A stretch of DNA of 64,000 nt. It comes from an uncultured bacterium. GTDB lineage: Bacteria > Oederibacteriota > JAAXVQ01 > JAUVAV01. Below are positions 1-9,611 of the stretch, one piece after another. The notes under the pieces were generated by a model. It was not told the origin of the DNA and ran no database searches. It saw nothing but the letters and a program-made list of their open reading frames with translations. The stretch covers positions 128,001 through 192,000 of the forward strand of contig CAVQBK010000013.1 in assembly GCA_963710755.1 (NCBI GenBank), read 5' to 3'. The first letter of the stretch is position 1. Each line of letters opens with the position of its first letter. The translations under genes were made by a program, and so were the position numbers.

Positions 1-156
1 GCAACAGCCGCTCGGGACTTGCGTCGGCCAGGTAGGCTTTAATTAGCTCCACTACAACCAACTTGACCAATAGGTAATAAAAGGGTTAGTCTAATTGTCT
101 ACTTTTATGAAAGCAAGGCCGGAAGGATAAAGTACATTCCTGAACAAGGCGGTCTA

Positions 157-858
157 ATGTTGAAAATCCTGGCCCTCTCCGATAAACCTTCCCATCTTTT
201 AGAATTAAAGCTCGGCAATATGGCTGAAGACCAGCTGGATTTCAATGCGATTTGCAGTTGCGGTGATCTGGACAAAGAATATCTTGATCTGATCACCTTT
301 AAAGCTCCGGGCCGGTTGTTCTACATTCACGGTAATCACGATCAGGTGAGTACCAGCATGCCCACAGGGCTGGGGCCCGATCAGAATGCCTTGCAGTATA
401 TGGGTTGGGGCGGTACGGGATTGCATCACCGGGTGGTGGAAGAGCAGGGCTATATTTTCTGCGGGTTCGATGGCGTGCGGTCCGACAACCAGCAGCCCTT
501 TCATTTCACGGAAAAACAAATGCGCATCTGGGTGCGCCGTACGGCCGCCGCCATTCGCCGCCGGCAATGGCGGGACCGTTTATTGGGCCGGCCGTTAAAG
601 CCGGTGATTGTACTCTCTCATACCCCGCCTCAAGGCGTGCATGAGGATGGCTCCAGCTATCATGAAGGGTTTAACTGTTTCCACGAGTTTATTCGTCTGG
701 TCAAGCCCATCCTGTGGCTGCACGGCCACATCCATTTGCAGTCTTTTACCCAAATGCAAACCACCAGAATCGAGGAGACCCTGGTGGTTAATGTTTATGA
801 ATTTAAAGTGATGACGATCAAGGACAATGACATCGAGGTGGGTTATCAGGTGGGGTAA
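157..858 (+). CDS. Metallophosphoesterase (calcineurin-like, Icc-related)
   Basis: Motifs ALSD, CGDL, GNHD, SHTPP and HGHIH in the expected order. Confidence 0.85.
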   Translation: MLKILALSDKPSHLLELKLGNMAEDQLDFNAICSCGDLDKEYLDLITFKAPGRLFYIHGNHDQVSTSMPTGLGPDQNALQYMGWGGTGLHHRVVEEQGYIFCGFDGVRSDNQQPFHFTEKQMRIWVRRTAAAIRRRQWRDRLLGRPLKPVIVLSHTPPQGVHEDGSSYHEGFNCFHEFIRLVKPILWLHGHIHLQSFTQMQTTRIEETLVVNVYEFKVMTIKDNDIEVGYQVG

Positions 859-900
859 AGCAAATTCTAATATTTGCAGAACCTGCTTTCGATATTTGAA

Positions 901-1711
901 TTAATAACCAACAGCGATCCAATTAAACTTTCCAATGACTGGCATTCCTATGACTGTAAATTTAATTTTGGTCGGTGCACTGGATAGCTTTATACTGGCT
1001 GAATCTCCGCTAGCTTGACAATAAACGACAGGTACTTGGGTGAAACTGTTTGTTGGAAAAACAAAAGTTGCGATAAAATTTGAAAGAAGACCCCCCGCCA
1101 CTAATAATTTTTGTATTATCTGTTTATTGACATACTATTAATATAAACTGTGGGCACCCAAAGTGCGTGCGCTTGGTTTATAGATCCATCAGCAATGAGA
1201 TTCATCCGTTGAGGTAAGATATTGTGAAGCAGTAACATTGCCAATTTATCAGCATTGGCGGCATTATCGGCATTATCGGCACTATCGGCATTATCAGCCT
1301 GTGTTGCATTCTCAGCTGAATCAGCATGATGGATGATTTGGCCTGCATGGCATAAGGTACACCCACCAATTGTACCCGTGGTGTCATCTCAGCATCTGTT
1401 GCCACACGGATTCCTAAATATAAGGATTTGGAAAAATCTACGCCCGAGAGGTCCAGCTTATTGGTTCCTGCTCCAATAATCGTATTAAAAAAACCTTCTT
1501 TAGTGGTTACCGGATTGATGTCCTGCCATAGCACATTACCAGCCTCCGGTGCATCATAAATGGTAAAGGTTACTGAATATTCCCCATCTACAATTGACGA
1601 TCCGTCCTGCTTGGTCAAGCGGCCCTGGTAATTAAATTGAGCAGGAACATCAGCAATAGCTGCCCCACTTGCAGCTGAACACAATAATGCTAAAATTAGT
1701 ATTTTTTTCAT
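901..1711 (-). pseudogene. Secreted protein with tail-fibre-like C-terminus, multiply frameshifted (paralog 1)
   Basis: GGAGG RBS, then MKKILILALLCSAASGAAIA signal peptide and VPAQFNYQGRLT...VPYAMQA domain. Switching frames continues as HADSAENATQADNADSADNADNAANADKL, NVTASQYL, IADGSINQAHA, and ends in ORF 901..1101 (FPTNSFTQVPVV...FNWIAVGY). May be a sequencing artefact rather than a true pseudogene. Confidence 0.7.
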
Positions 1712-1746
1712 AATATTCCTCCGCTTTCGAAATCTTTTACCTTTAA

Positions 1747-2593
1747 TTAAAATAAAATCCATGCTATCCATTGAAAATCCCTTGATGCTGGCTGGACATT
1801 TAAAATATCACCTGAAAAAGTGTGTACTGTGTATACCCTTGCAGTTCTTCCATATTCGTGAATAACATATATGAAATCTGATAAAGGACCACTACCAATA
1901 AGTGTTACCAACAATTGATGATTGTTAGTAGGCACAGTAATTGTTGCTAAACCATTAGTATTGTTTGGCCTTGGCCGGCTGCGATTCTCGGGTAATTTCT
2001 TTGCACCCCTAAATAAAAATAAGTTGGAAATGTTGGTGCTTTATCCTGAGTGACTGCATTATCAGCAATACACCAAGCTGTCACTGTATTAGAAATATCC
2101 TGAAAATAATGGACAGCAACCTGATTGCTTAACTTGTCGGCATTGGTCGATGGGTGGCACTAGTAACATTGGTCGCATGGTCCGCATGGACGGCATCGGT
2201 AGCCGTCTCGGCATGAACCGCACTTTGGGCCAGCATGGCATAAATGGCTTTGGATCGCGAAGCGTGGGGTCATTTCCAATCACCATTAACCGCCATGCCG
2301 ATATAAAGCTGCTGGTCAAAATCCACCCCTGTCAAAGGTGTGGTGCCTGAGCCGAGGGTCACATTGAAATAACCGCTATTAGTGGTGATATCAAAGGTGT
2401 CCTCCCAAAGAGCCGTACCCGCTGATTCAACGTTATACAAACTGAAATGAATGGAATACTGATTGTCCGCAACCGGCGTGCCGTCGGGCTGAGTCAAACG
2501 GGACTGAAATCCCAGGGTGGACGGCACAGCGGCCAAGGCCGTGGCTGTCAGCAGGCTCGCTCCCAGCAGCAACAGCAGCACAATTTTTCTCAT
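1747..2593 (-). pseudogene. Secreted protein with tail-fibre-like C-terminus, multiply frameshifted (paralog 2)
   Basis: Signal peptide MRKIVLLLLLGASLLTATALA and VPSTLGFQSRLT domain similar to paralog 1. Other frames continue as YAMLAQSAVHAETATDAVHADHATN, NADKL, IADNAVTQDKA, ending in ORF 1747..1935 (...DFQWIA). Confidence 0.7.
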
Positions 2594-2943
2594 AGGATGG
2601 CTCCATTAAATTTTATCAAAGGTTTAGCAACATTAAGAAAGAGTGATAGATAATGTTACTATCAATGCGAGTCGGCTAAAGGTATTAGGCACCATCTGTC
2701 TGTCCCCACAGGCCAATGGGCTTAGCCAGCCAACCCTTCCCTCCAGGAGTTGATAGTGTGTTGAGGTGGCTATAACAGTACCATTCCCAACAAATACTGT
2801 CAATTTTTTCCTGTAATTCAAGAGCCCCTTAAGTCCTGCCCAAGGTCTCTTTACCATCAAATGGTGATTGACTTTTCTTGCGGTCAGGCATAGCTTAAAG
2901 CTTAAGAAACATCCTAAATTGCACCAGGAAGGAGACTGCTGCC

Positions 2944-3495
2944 ATGAACAAGAAAACTGGTTTAAGTGCCCTAGTGGTCATGCTCTTATTTTTAACCTCT
3001 TGTGCCAAGGCTCCGCTTAAGGAAAAAGCTGCTGCCGAGCAGGCCCGGATGGCCGCCCTGGCGGCGGATGCCCAGCGCTATGCCGAGGCCACCATGACTT
3101 CAGCTCGGAAGCTTTGGGATCAGGCTGAAACTTCACTCAAACAAAAACAATATCGAGCTGCCAAAGCCGCTTTTCGCGCCGCGCGTCAGTCCTATGACAA
3201 AGCAGCCATGCTGGTGAGTCAAAACAAAGAAGTTATGGTTAACGCCATTAAAGAAGGCGTGGATGAAGCCGATCAGGATTGGCAGACACTCAACCAAAAA
3301 ATGGATCAAACCGGAAAACGATTATCCAAAGACCTTAAAAAAGCCTGGAAGGATGACCAGCTGATGGTCCGGACTGCATTGCAATCAGCCCATGCCTTTT
3401 TAAAAGACCAGGATCCCTTGGATGCTCGGCAACAGCTCAACAATGCCAAGACCTTGATTGAAAAATGGAAGAAATTATTGAAAAGCAAACTTTAA
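2944..3495 (+). CDS. Helical lipoprotein (DUF4398-like)
   Basis: AAGGAG RBS, lipobox LLFLTSC, Ala-rich helical body (AADAQRYA...A...A). Confidence 0.65.
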   Translation: MNKKTGLSALVVMLLFLTSCAKAPLKEKAAAEQARMAALAADAQRYAEATMTSARKLWDQAETSLKQKQYRAAKAAFRAARQSYDKAAMLVSQNKEVMVNAIKEGVDEADQDWQTLNQKMDQTGKRLSKDLKKAWKDDQLMVRTALQSAHAFLKDQDPLDARQQLNNAKTLIEKWKKLLKSKL

Positions 3496-3504
3496 GCGCC
3501 TGAC

Positions 3505-4608
3505 TCATACCTTCCAATCCAGTTTAAGGTTGATATGAAACACGGCCATGATCCAAACAATTAAATTGACCACGATCCATATGGGCGAGTAAATGAAATA
3601 AAAGAAGATGTAGCCGAGAAAATTGAATTTAAATTTAAAATACCGGGCAAAGCCATAGTGCAGCCCGGCGGACATGACCAGGGCGATGACCGTAGGCAGC
3701 GCGCCATCCACAATCACCAGGTGATAATGGGTGATCCATAGAAAAATACCGGCAAAGCCATGAAAATACTGGGCAATCATGAAGATAAATGGCAACAGTA
3801 CCATTAATTGAGCGCGGCGCAATACCTCAAACACGCTTCCAATAATCACAAAAGGCAACAGTACCAAAAGCAAGGGGACAATCAGACGCGGGCTGCCAAA
3901 GACGTGGGTAACGAAATACAAAAAATGATTTTTAACCCAGTAAAGGTTGTTCATGGCCCAACGCTTACGCTGACGCATCCAGTCATTCAAGGTCACAGGA
4001 ACCTCATTGAGCACTTTCAAGGCCGGCTCATAGCCAAATCGGGCCCGTTTGCGAAATGCCCGGGCCGCGAAATCCATGTCTTCATTGACCACTGCACGAA
4101 AGCCTTCCAATTTTTCAAACCATTTTTTCCTGACCGCAAAAGCAGCACCATTCATGGAAGGACAGCGCCTACCGAGCCTGGCAAACAGCCAGGTGGCAAT
4201 GGCAAATTCCAAAAATTCATAGCTTACCATGGTGGAAAGGGGCGAAGTGACCACCGCTTCCTTGGGAATTTCAGCCAGGTCGTGATTAAGCATATGCTGG
4301 TTGAGCCGGTGCAGAAAACGTTTGTCATCATTTAATAGAATGTCATTGTCCAAAAACAGTAACACGTCCGTTTTGGCGGTCATGCCCAGCTGATTGAGCG
4401 TGGCGACCTTGCCCAGATGCGCTTGATTGAGATGTACGGTAATTTGGTCGCGAAACGGCGTCAGCGCCCGGCTGATGGCTTCGGTCTGTTCCCCATCGAC
4501 AGCCACAATAATTTCCTTGTCCATATAGTCATTGGCCACCAGCTTGGCCAGCATATCCTGCAGACGTTTGGGTTGGCGGTAAACCGGAATAATGACCGTA
4601 ATCTTCAT
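3505..4608 (-). CDS. GT2 glycosyltransferase, processive type with C-terminal TM helices
   Basis: ITVIIPVY start, DND (DxD), NED, QRKRW motifs; hydrophobic C-terminal third. Confidence 0.9.
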   Translation of the reverse strand: MKITVIIPVYRQPKRLQDMLAKLVANDYMDKEIIVAVDGEQTEAISRALTPFRDQITVHLNQAHLGKVATLNQLGMTAKTDVLLFLDNDILLNDDKRFLHRLNQHMLNHDLAEIPKEAVVTSPLSTMVSYEFLEFAIATWLFARLGRRCPSMNGAAFAVRKKWFEKLEGFRAVVNEDMDFAARAFRKRARFGYEPALKVLNEVPVTLNDWMRQRKRWAMNNLYWVKNHFLYFVTHVFGSPRLIVPLLLVLLPFVIIGSVFEVLRRAQLMVLLPFIFMIAQYFHGFAGIFLWITHYHLVIVDGALPTVIALVMSAGLHYGFARYFKFKFNFLGYIFFYFIYSPIWIVVNLIVWIMAVFHINLKLDWKV

Positions 4609-5933
4609 AGGCCCTGTTCAATCCCTTGTCGAATCAATTCCCCATACCAATGAGCGCTGGCTTTAAGCAGACGCTGTTGTTGGGGGGCGTCATTATATAC
4701 GATACCGAACCGTTTACTCAATCCATAAGACCATTCAAAATTGTCCATCCAGGACCAGACATAATAGCCTTTAATCCGCACCCCGGCCCGGCGTGCGCGG
4801 CGCATGGCCTGAATATGTTCTGAAAGAAAGTCAATTCTGGCCCGGTCTTCCACCAGGCCATCCTGAACCTGGTCCTCAAAAGCAGCTCCATTTTCGGTAA
4901 CATAGATCAATGGGTGTTTGTAAGTCCGGTCCAGCCAATGCAGCAGGTCCGCCAAACCCTGAGGATAAATGGGCCAACCCATGGCGGTTCGGGGTAAGGT
5001 TCTGGAGGACAGCACTGCATCAGCCGAGGGGACGACACGGCCAAGTCCCGGCTTTACCAAGGGCATGTAATAATTCACCCCTAAAAAGTCGAGGGGCTTG
5101 GCTATCAGCTCAAGATCACGTTGCAGCCGCCCTGCCGTAAGCAGGTTCATAAAAGCCTGATAGGGCGCAGGATAACGGCCGTGATAAACAGGGTCCATAA
5201 ATAACCGGTTGACACTGTGATGGACCCAGCCGCTTTCCACCATGCGACGATGTCCGGCCTTATAAACCGGATTAAAACAATTGACCAAGCCCACCTGCAA
5301 GTCTTGGTCATGACTTTTGATAGCTGCCCTGGCTTTGGCATGAGCCAAGAGAAGAAAATGGCATGCTCGCAAAGCTTTGATGGGATTTTTAAAACCCGGG
5401 GCGTGCTTGCCAGAGATATACCCGTGGGTCATGATCGTGGCCGGTTCATTGATAGTGGTCCACAGCCGGACCCGGTCGCCCAGGCTTTTCACCATCAGGG
5501 CGGCATACTCGGCAAAGCGTTCGGTGGTATCACGCGCCAGCCAGCCCCCCTTCTGCTCCAGGGCCTGCGGCAGATCCCAATGGTAAAGGGTGATCATGGG
5601 CACCAGCTGATGTTTCAGCAGGGTATCCACCAACTGCTTATAAAAATCCAGGCCTTTGTGATTGACAGGTCCCTGGCCTTGAGGAAAAACACGCGGCCAG
5701 CTTATGGAAAAACGATAGGAATTCAGCCCCAACGCAGCCATCATGGCCACATCCTGTTCAACGCGGTGATAATGATCGCAAGTCACCCGTCCGCTGGTGC
5801 CATCCTTTATTTTACCAGGACGATCGCAAAATGTATCCCAAATGGAAAGGCCCTTGCCGTCTTCATTCCAAGCGCCTTCGATCTGATAAGCCGAGGTGGC
5901 GGTGCCCCACAAAAACTCATGCTGTTCATTCAT
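4605..5933 (-). CDS. GH1 beta-glucosidase
   Basis: FLWGTATSAYQIEG, TINEP (acid/base), VTENG (nucleophile), DNFEW. Confidence 0.95.
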   Translation of the reverse strand: MNEQHEFLWGTATSAYQIEGAWNEDGKGLSIWDTFCDRPGKIKDGTSGRVTCDHYHRVEQDVAMMAALGLNSYRFSISWPRVFPQGQGPVNHKGLDFYKQLVDTLLKHQLVPMITLYHWDLPQALEQKGGWLARDTTERFAEYAALMVKSLGDRVRLWTTINEPATIMTHGYISGKHAPGFKNPIKALRACHFLLLAHAKARAAIKSHDQDLQVGLVNCFNPVYKAGHRRMVESGWVHHSVNRLFMDPVYHGRYPAPYQAFMNLLTAGRLQRDLELIAKPLDFLGVNYYMPLVKPGLGRVVPSADAVLSSRTLPRTAMGWPIYPQGLADLLHWLDRTYKHPLIYVTENGAAFEDQVQDGLVEDRARIDFLSEHIQAMRRARRAGVRIKGYYVWSWMDNFEWSYGLSKRFGIVYNDAPQQQRLLKASAHWYGELIRQGIEQGL

Positions 5934-5947
5934 GATCGATCGCGCTC

Positions 5948-7774
5948 CTAGGCTCCGGCCGAAGCCTTCCCCATGTCCGATTGTTCCTGCTGCAAGCCTC
6001 CATGTTTTTGGGCGAGGGTTTCAATTTCACGGCGGTAACGTTGATAGTCAGGGGATTGGGCAGGGGTGTAATTGAAATTTTTATACAAACCGGTAAGTCG
6101 TATGAAAAAGTCCCTGGCCTTCTCCTTACTTTCAAAGCTATATTCGCGGTCAAGGATGGTTTTTAATAAGGTGAAACTTTCTCTCTGCCGTTCCTGGCTC
6201 ACGGACACATCCACCTCATCAAAAGCATCCTGCTGCAAGTAAACCATATCCAGCAGCAGCGCTTTTTGATAGACCACATAATCTTCAATACTGATCCCCT
6301 CTTCCCCGCTGACTTGCATCATTTGATTAATCCCATCGCCCTGATGAATCAGGTCCTGAAAACGATGGACATCCTCCATCCAGGTCGGCCCATAGTGGTC
6401 GTCGTACCACTTGTCCAGCTGGTCAAAATAGCGTGACCAGGAGATCAACGGGTCAATGGCCGGATAATAACGGCGATAAGCCCGATCCGCACTGAGGCCC
6501 AGAAAAGTTTTCACCGTAGCCAGCGTGGCCTGCGTGACCGGTTCATCAAAATTGCCTCCGGCCGGGGAAACGGTGCCGATCATGGTCAGACTTCCGTTGC
6601 GGTTGTCCTCGTTCTCGATAATGCCGGCCCGCTCGTAGATGCTTTTAATGTTGGAATCCAAGTAAGCGGGAAAAGCCTCTTCGCCCGGAATTTCTTCCAT
6701 GCGCCCCGAGGTCTCCCGCAGAGCCTGGGCCCACCGGCTCGTGGAATCGGCAATCAACAACACGTGATACCCCATTTGCCGATAATATTCGCCCAGCGTC
6801 ATGCCCGTATAGATCGAAGATTCCCGCGCGGCCACAGGCATGGCGGAGGTGTTGCAGATAATGATGGTTCGGTCCATGAGCGAACCACCGGTTTTGGGAT
6901 CTTTCATCTGGGGATATTCGGTGATGGTCTCCACCACTTCGCCGGCCCGCTCACCGCAGGCCACAATAATCACAATGTCCACGGAGGCGTGACGGGCAAT
7001 CAGACCTTGGAGCACGGTTTTACCTGCTCCAAAAGGCCCGGGAATGCAGGCGGTACCGCCGCGGGCGATGGGATAAAACGTATCAATAATACGCTGGGTG
7101 GTGGTCATGGGTTCAGAAGGATAAAGCCGTCGGGCCAGCCGTTTATCCAGCAATGCTTCCGACAGGGGCTTGCGCACCGGCCAGCGCTGGACCATGGTCA
7201 AAGCGAGTTCTTGTTGGTCCTCGGTTTTGAGCCAGGCTATAGGCGTCTCAATAGTGTAGGCACCGTGTAAAATACGGATGACCTGGGCCTGGCCGGTCAA
7301 ATCATTGGACGCCATAATATAATGTCGAAAGGGACCTTCAGGCACATACCCGATGACCTGACCTGCCCTGACCTGATCACCGGCCTGAACCACGGGGGTA
7401 AAGGTCCAGGTTTTTTCATGATCCAAGGGCAGCACCCTTACCCCGCGGGGCAGAAAAAAACCATGGTCGCGGGCAATGTCAGCCAGCGGTTTCTGCAGGC
7501 CGTCATAGACCTGTCCCAGCAGGCCCGGTCCCAGGGAGACCGACAGCAACTCACTGGTCAGTTCCACCCGGTCACCAACTTTGATCCCGCCCGTATCCTC
7601 AAACACCTGCATATCCGCGTGTCGCCCTTCCACCCGCAGCACCTCTGCCATCAGCCGTTCCTGACCAACCAGAATATAGCCCACCTCGTTTTTCTTGATG
7701 GGACCATTCTCTGCTTCAATGGTAACCAGATTCTCGCGTACGGCAATTACCCGCGCTCGGGTAGCCTCGGACAT
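5948..7774 (-). CDS. atpA: V/A-type ATPase catalytic subunit A
   Basis: Walker A GPFGAGKT, CGERAGE, PGEEAFPAYL; start set at MSEATRA (7774). Confidence 0.95.
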   Translation of the reverse strand: MSEATRARVIAVRENLVTIEAENGPIKKNEVGYILVGQERLMAEVLRVEGRHADMQVFEDTGGIKVGDRVELTSELLSVSLGPGLLGQVYDGLQKPLADIARDHGFFLPRGVRVLPLDHEKTWTFTPVVQAGDQVRAGQVIGYVPEGPFRHYIMASNDLTGQAQVIRILHGAYTIETPIAWLKTEDQQELALTMVQRWPVRKPLSEALLDKRLARRLYPSEPMTTTQRIIDTFYPIARGGTACIPGPFGAGKTVLQGLIARHASVDIVIIVACGERAGEVVETITEYPQMKDPKTGGSLMDRTIIICNTSAMPVAARESSIYTGMTLGEYYRQMGYHVLLIADSTSRWAQALRETSGRMEEIPGEEAFPAYLDSNIKSIYERAGIIENEDNRNGSLTMIGTVSPAGGNFDEPVTQATLATVKTFLGLSADRAYRRYYPAIDPLISWSRYFDQLDKWYDDHYGPTWMEDVHRFQDLIHQGDGINQMMQVSGEEGISIEDYVVYQKALLLDMVYLQQDAFDEVDVSVSQERQRESFTLLKTILDREYSFESKEKARDFFIRLTGLYKNFNYTPAQSPDYQRYRREIETLAQKHGGLQQEQSDMGKASAGA

Positions 7775-7787
7775 TCTAATGCCCGGC

Positions 7788-8465
7788 TTAGACGAATGCT
7801 TGTCCACCGATGGCCTCCTCAACCAGCAATTTAAACCGCTCCTGCGCAGGCCCAGCCTGATAAGAGAGCCAGCGCTCTATAATATCCCACTTAAACAAAT
7901 AAGCCAGCAACGCCTGTAAGTTAAACGTGTTGAACGTCACCAGTTGCGACACATTTTCCCAAATGAGCGACAACAGCACATGCTCCAACTCATAAGTTTC
8001 CGCCCTGTCCATCCTCTGCTTCAGGTCCTTGACCGCGGGAAAAAGATGATCCAGGTGAAAATAGGGTTCCTGCCAGTGACGCGCAATGATTCCCACCCAT
8101 TCCCCCACGCCCCAGAGTTCTTCCGGTCTAGGCGCCGGTCTGCCCAGATAGCGGCGGCGCAACGCGGTCATCAGGGTACGGAGATTGACCCGGAAAGTTA
8201 CCATAGCACGCAAGGCCGGGTTGGTCACCGCGGCCATCATGTTGGCATAGTGGTGAATCATGTCCCGATCCGTCCGTTCCAGAGGATGCCGTTGCCAGCG
8301 CAGAAAATTATGGGTCACCTCTACAATCACCTGGTCTTTAGGATCAAGCATGCGCAGTCTTTCCCTCAGCCTCAAGGCGCTGATCGGCAGCCGTTCCACC
8401 TGATCAAAAGGCGGCAGAAAAGGCAGGCTGGCCATGAGGGTGTAGAACGGATTAACCGGACTCAT
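7788..8465 (-). CDS. V-type ATPase-associated DUF2764-like protein (subunit C equivalent)
   Basis: N-terminal YTLMASLP and C-terminal LLAYLFKWDIIERW; lies between subunits E and A. Confidence 0.75.
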   Translation of the reverse strand: MSPVNPFYTLMASLPFLPPFDQVERLPISALRLRERLRMLDPKDQVIVEVTHNFLRWQRHPLERTDRDMIHHYANMMAAVTNPALRAMVTFRVNLRTLMTALRRRYLGRPAPRPEELWGVGEWVGIIARHWQEPYFHLDHLFPAVKDLKQRMDRAETYELEHVLLSLIWENVSQLVTFNTFNLQALLAYLFKWDIIERWLSYQAGPAQERFKLLVEEAIGGQAFV

Positions 8466-8471
8466 GACCGG

Positions 8472-9143
8472 CTATTCCACACCCTGGATAACCGCGCGAA
8501 AGCGCGGCGCCAGATGCTTTAACAGCAGCTCGGAAATAGCTTTTTGGGTCAGGTCGATTTCCAAATCTTCGCCCCGCAATTGCACACGCAAGCCTACTTG
8601 ATCGTCACCACCGGGGTGCAGATCCACCCCTTCGCGCAACATCTCACTGGACACGGCCAGCAGAAAATGGCGCAGCCGCTGTTTGCCTTTGCCTGACAGT
8701 TCCGTACCGGCATAATCTTCAAACAGCTCATTGGCGATCTGAATGTCCATGCCCTGGTCGGCGGGAATGGACGCCGAGCTTTTCAGGGCAATGGCCAGAA
8801 CCATCTGTTTTAAAAAATCATGGTCCTGCAGTTCCATGGAAACCAGCCGTCTCACATGAGCGGCAAACACGGACTTGAGATCTGTTTCCAGCCTGATCTC
8901 CACGTCCCGGACTGCCAGACGCAGGGCTTCATCAGCAGATCGGCGCTCCGCCTCAATTTCAGCCTTGGCTTTAGCTCGCAGGGCTTCCGCTTCTTCCCTG
9001 GCCTTAAAGAGCAGTTGTGAAGCCTGCTGCTGGGCCTGCTCCACAATCTTGGAGGCTTCGTCGCGACCCGATTGAATGCCCTCATCTTTCAGGCGGTTGA
9101 TCAGTTCCTGTACACCTGAGGAGCCTTTGCTTTCCTGAGCCAT
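8472..9143 (-). CDS. V/A-type ATPase subunit E
   Basis: VQELINRLKDEGI...A..I...A coiled-coil N-terminus; operon position. Confidence 0.85.
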   Translation of the reverse strand: MAQESKGSSGVQELINRLKDEGIQSGRDEASKIVEQAQQQASQLLFKAREEAEALRAKAKAEIEAERRSADEALRLAVRDVEIRLETDLKSVFAAHVRRLVSMELQDHDFLKQMVLAIALKSSASIPADQGMDIQIANELFEDYAGTELSGKGKQRLRHFLLAVSSEMLREGVDLHPGGDDQVGLRVQLRGEDLEIDLTQKAISELLLKHLAPRFRAVIQGVE

Positions 9144-9146
9144 AGT

Positions 9147-9608
9147 TTACTTTCCTCCCGGCAGTAATCCGGCCAAGACCAGCGCGAAAACAAAAGTGAA
9201 TACTGAGAACCCTTCCACCAGGGCGGCCGGTGCCAGTGATATACCAAACACTTCGGGTTTGCTTTTGGAGGTTTGAATGGCCGAGGCGCAGGTATAGCCC
9301 TGGTAAATGGCGCTGAACAGCAGGGCCACGCCCGTGAGCAGACCGATGGCAAAAATACCGGGCGCATTGGCCAGGTTGAGCGAACCGCTCAGAGAGAGCA
9401 TGATCACGATGCCGTAAATGGTCTGCGAAGAAGGCATGGCCGAAGCACCGATAAAGCGGCCATGGCCGCTTTCGGTCTCTAAAATAGCACCGCAAGCCGC
9501 CTGGCCGGCGCGGGCGCACCCAATCACACTGCCCACGGCCGCCAGGGCCATGGGAGAAAATACCCCCATCCAGCCCATCAATAAAAAAACCTTATCGCTC
9601 ACGTTCAT
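9147..9608 (-). CDS. atpK: V/A-type ATPase proteolipid subunit K (4-TM)
   Basis: Duplicated hairpin; PSSQTIYG, AIYQG and ALVEG motifs. Confidence 0.92.
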   Translation of the reverse strand: MNVSDKVFLLMGWMGVFSPMALAAVGSVIGCARAGQAACGAILETESGHGRFIGASAMPSSQTIYGIVIMLSLSGSLNLANAPGIFAIGLLTGVALLFSAIYQGYTCASAIQTSKSKPEVFGISLAPAALVEGFSVFTFVFALVLAGLLPGGK

Positions 9609-9611
9609 TGT

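Noticed and set aside
1255-1300. 9-bp tandem repeats (GCATTATCG-like) as a possible CRISPR or VNTR
   Set aside because: They encode the ADN-ADS-ADN peptide repeat of the fibre-like gene; there are no spacers.
901-2593. Prophage remnant or DGR target
   Set aside because: The genes have Sec signal peptides, and no phage genes, reverse transcriptase or template repeat are in the window.
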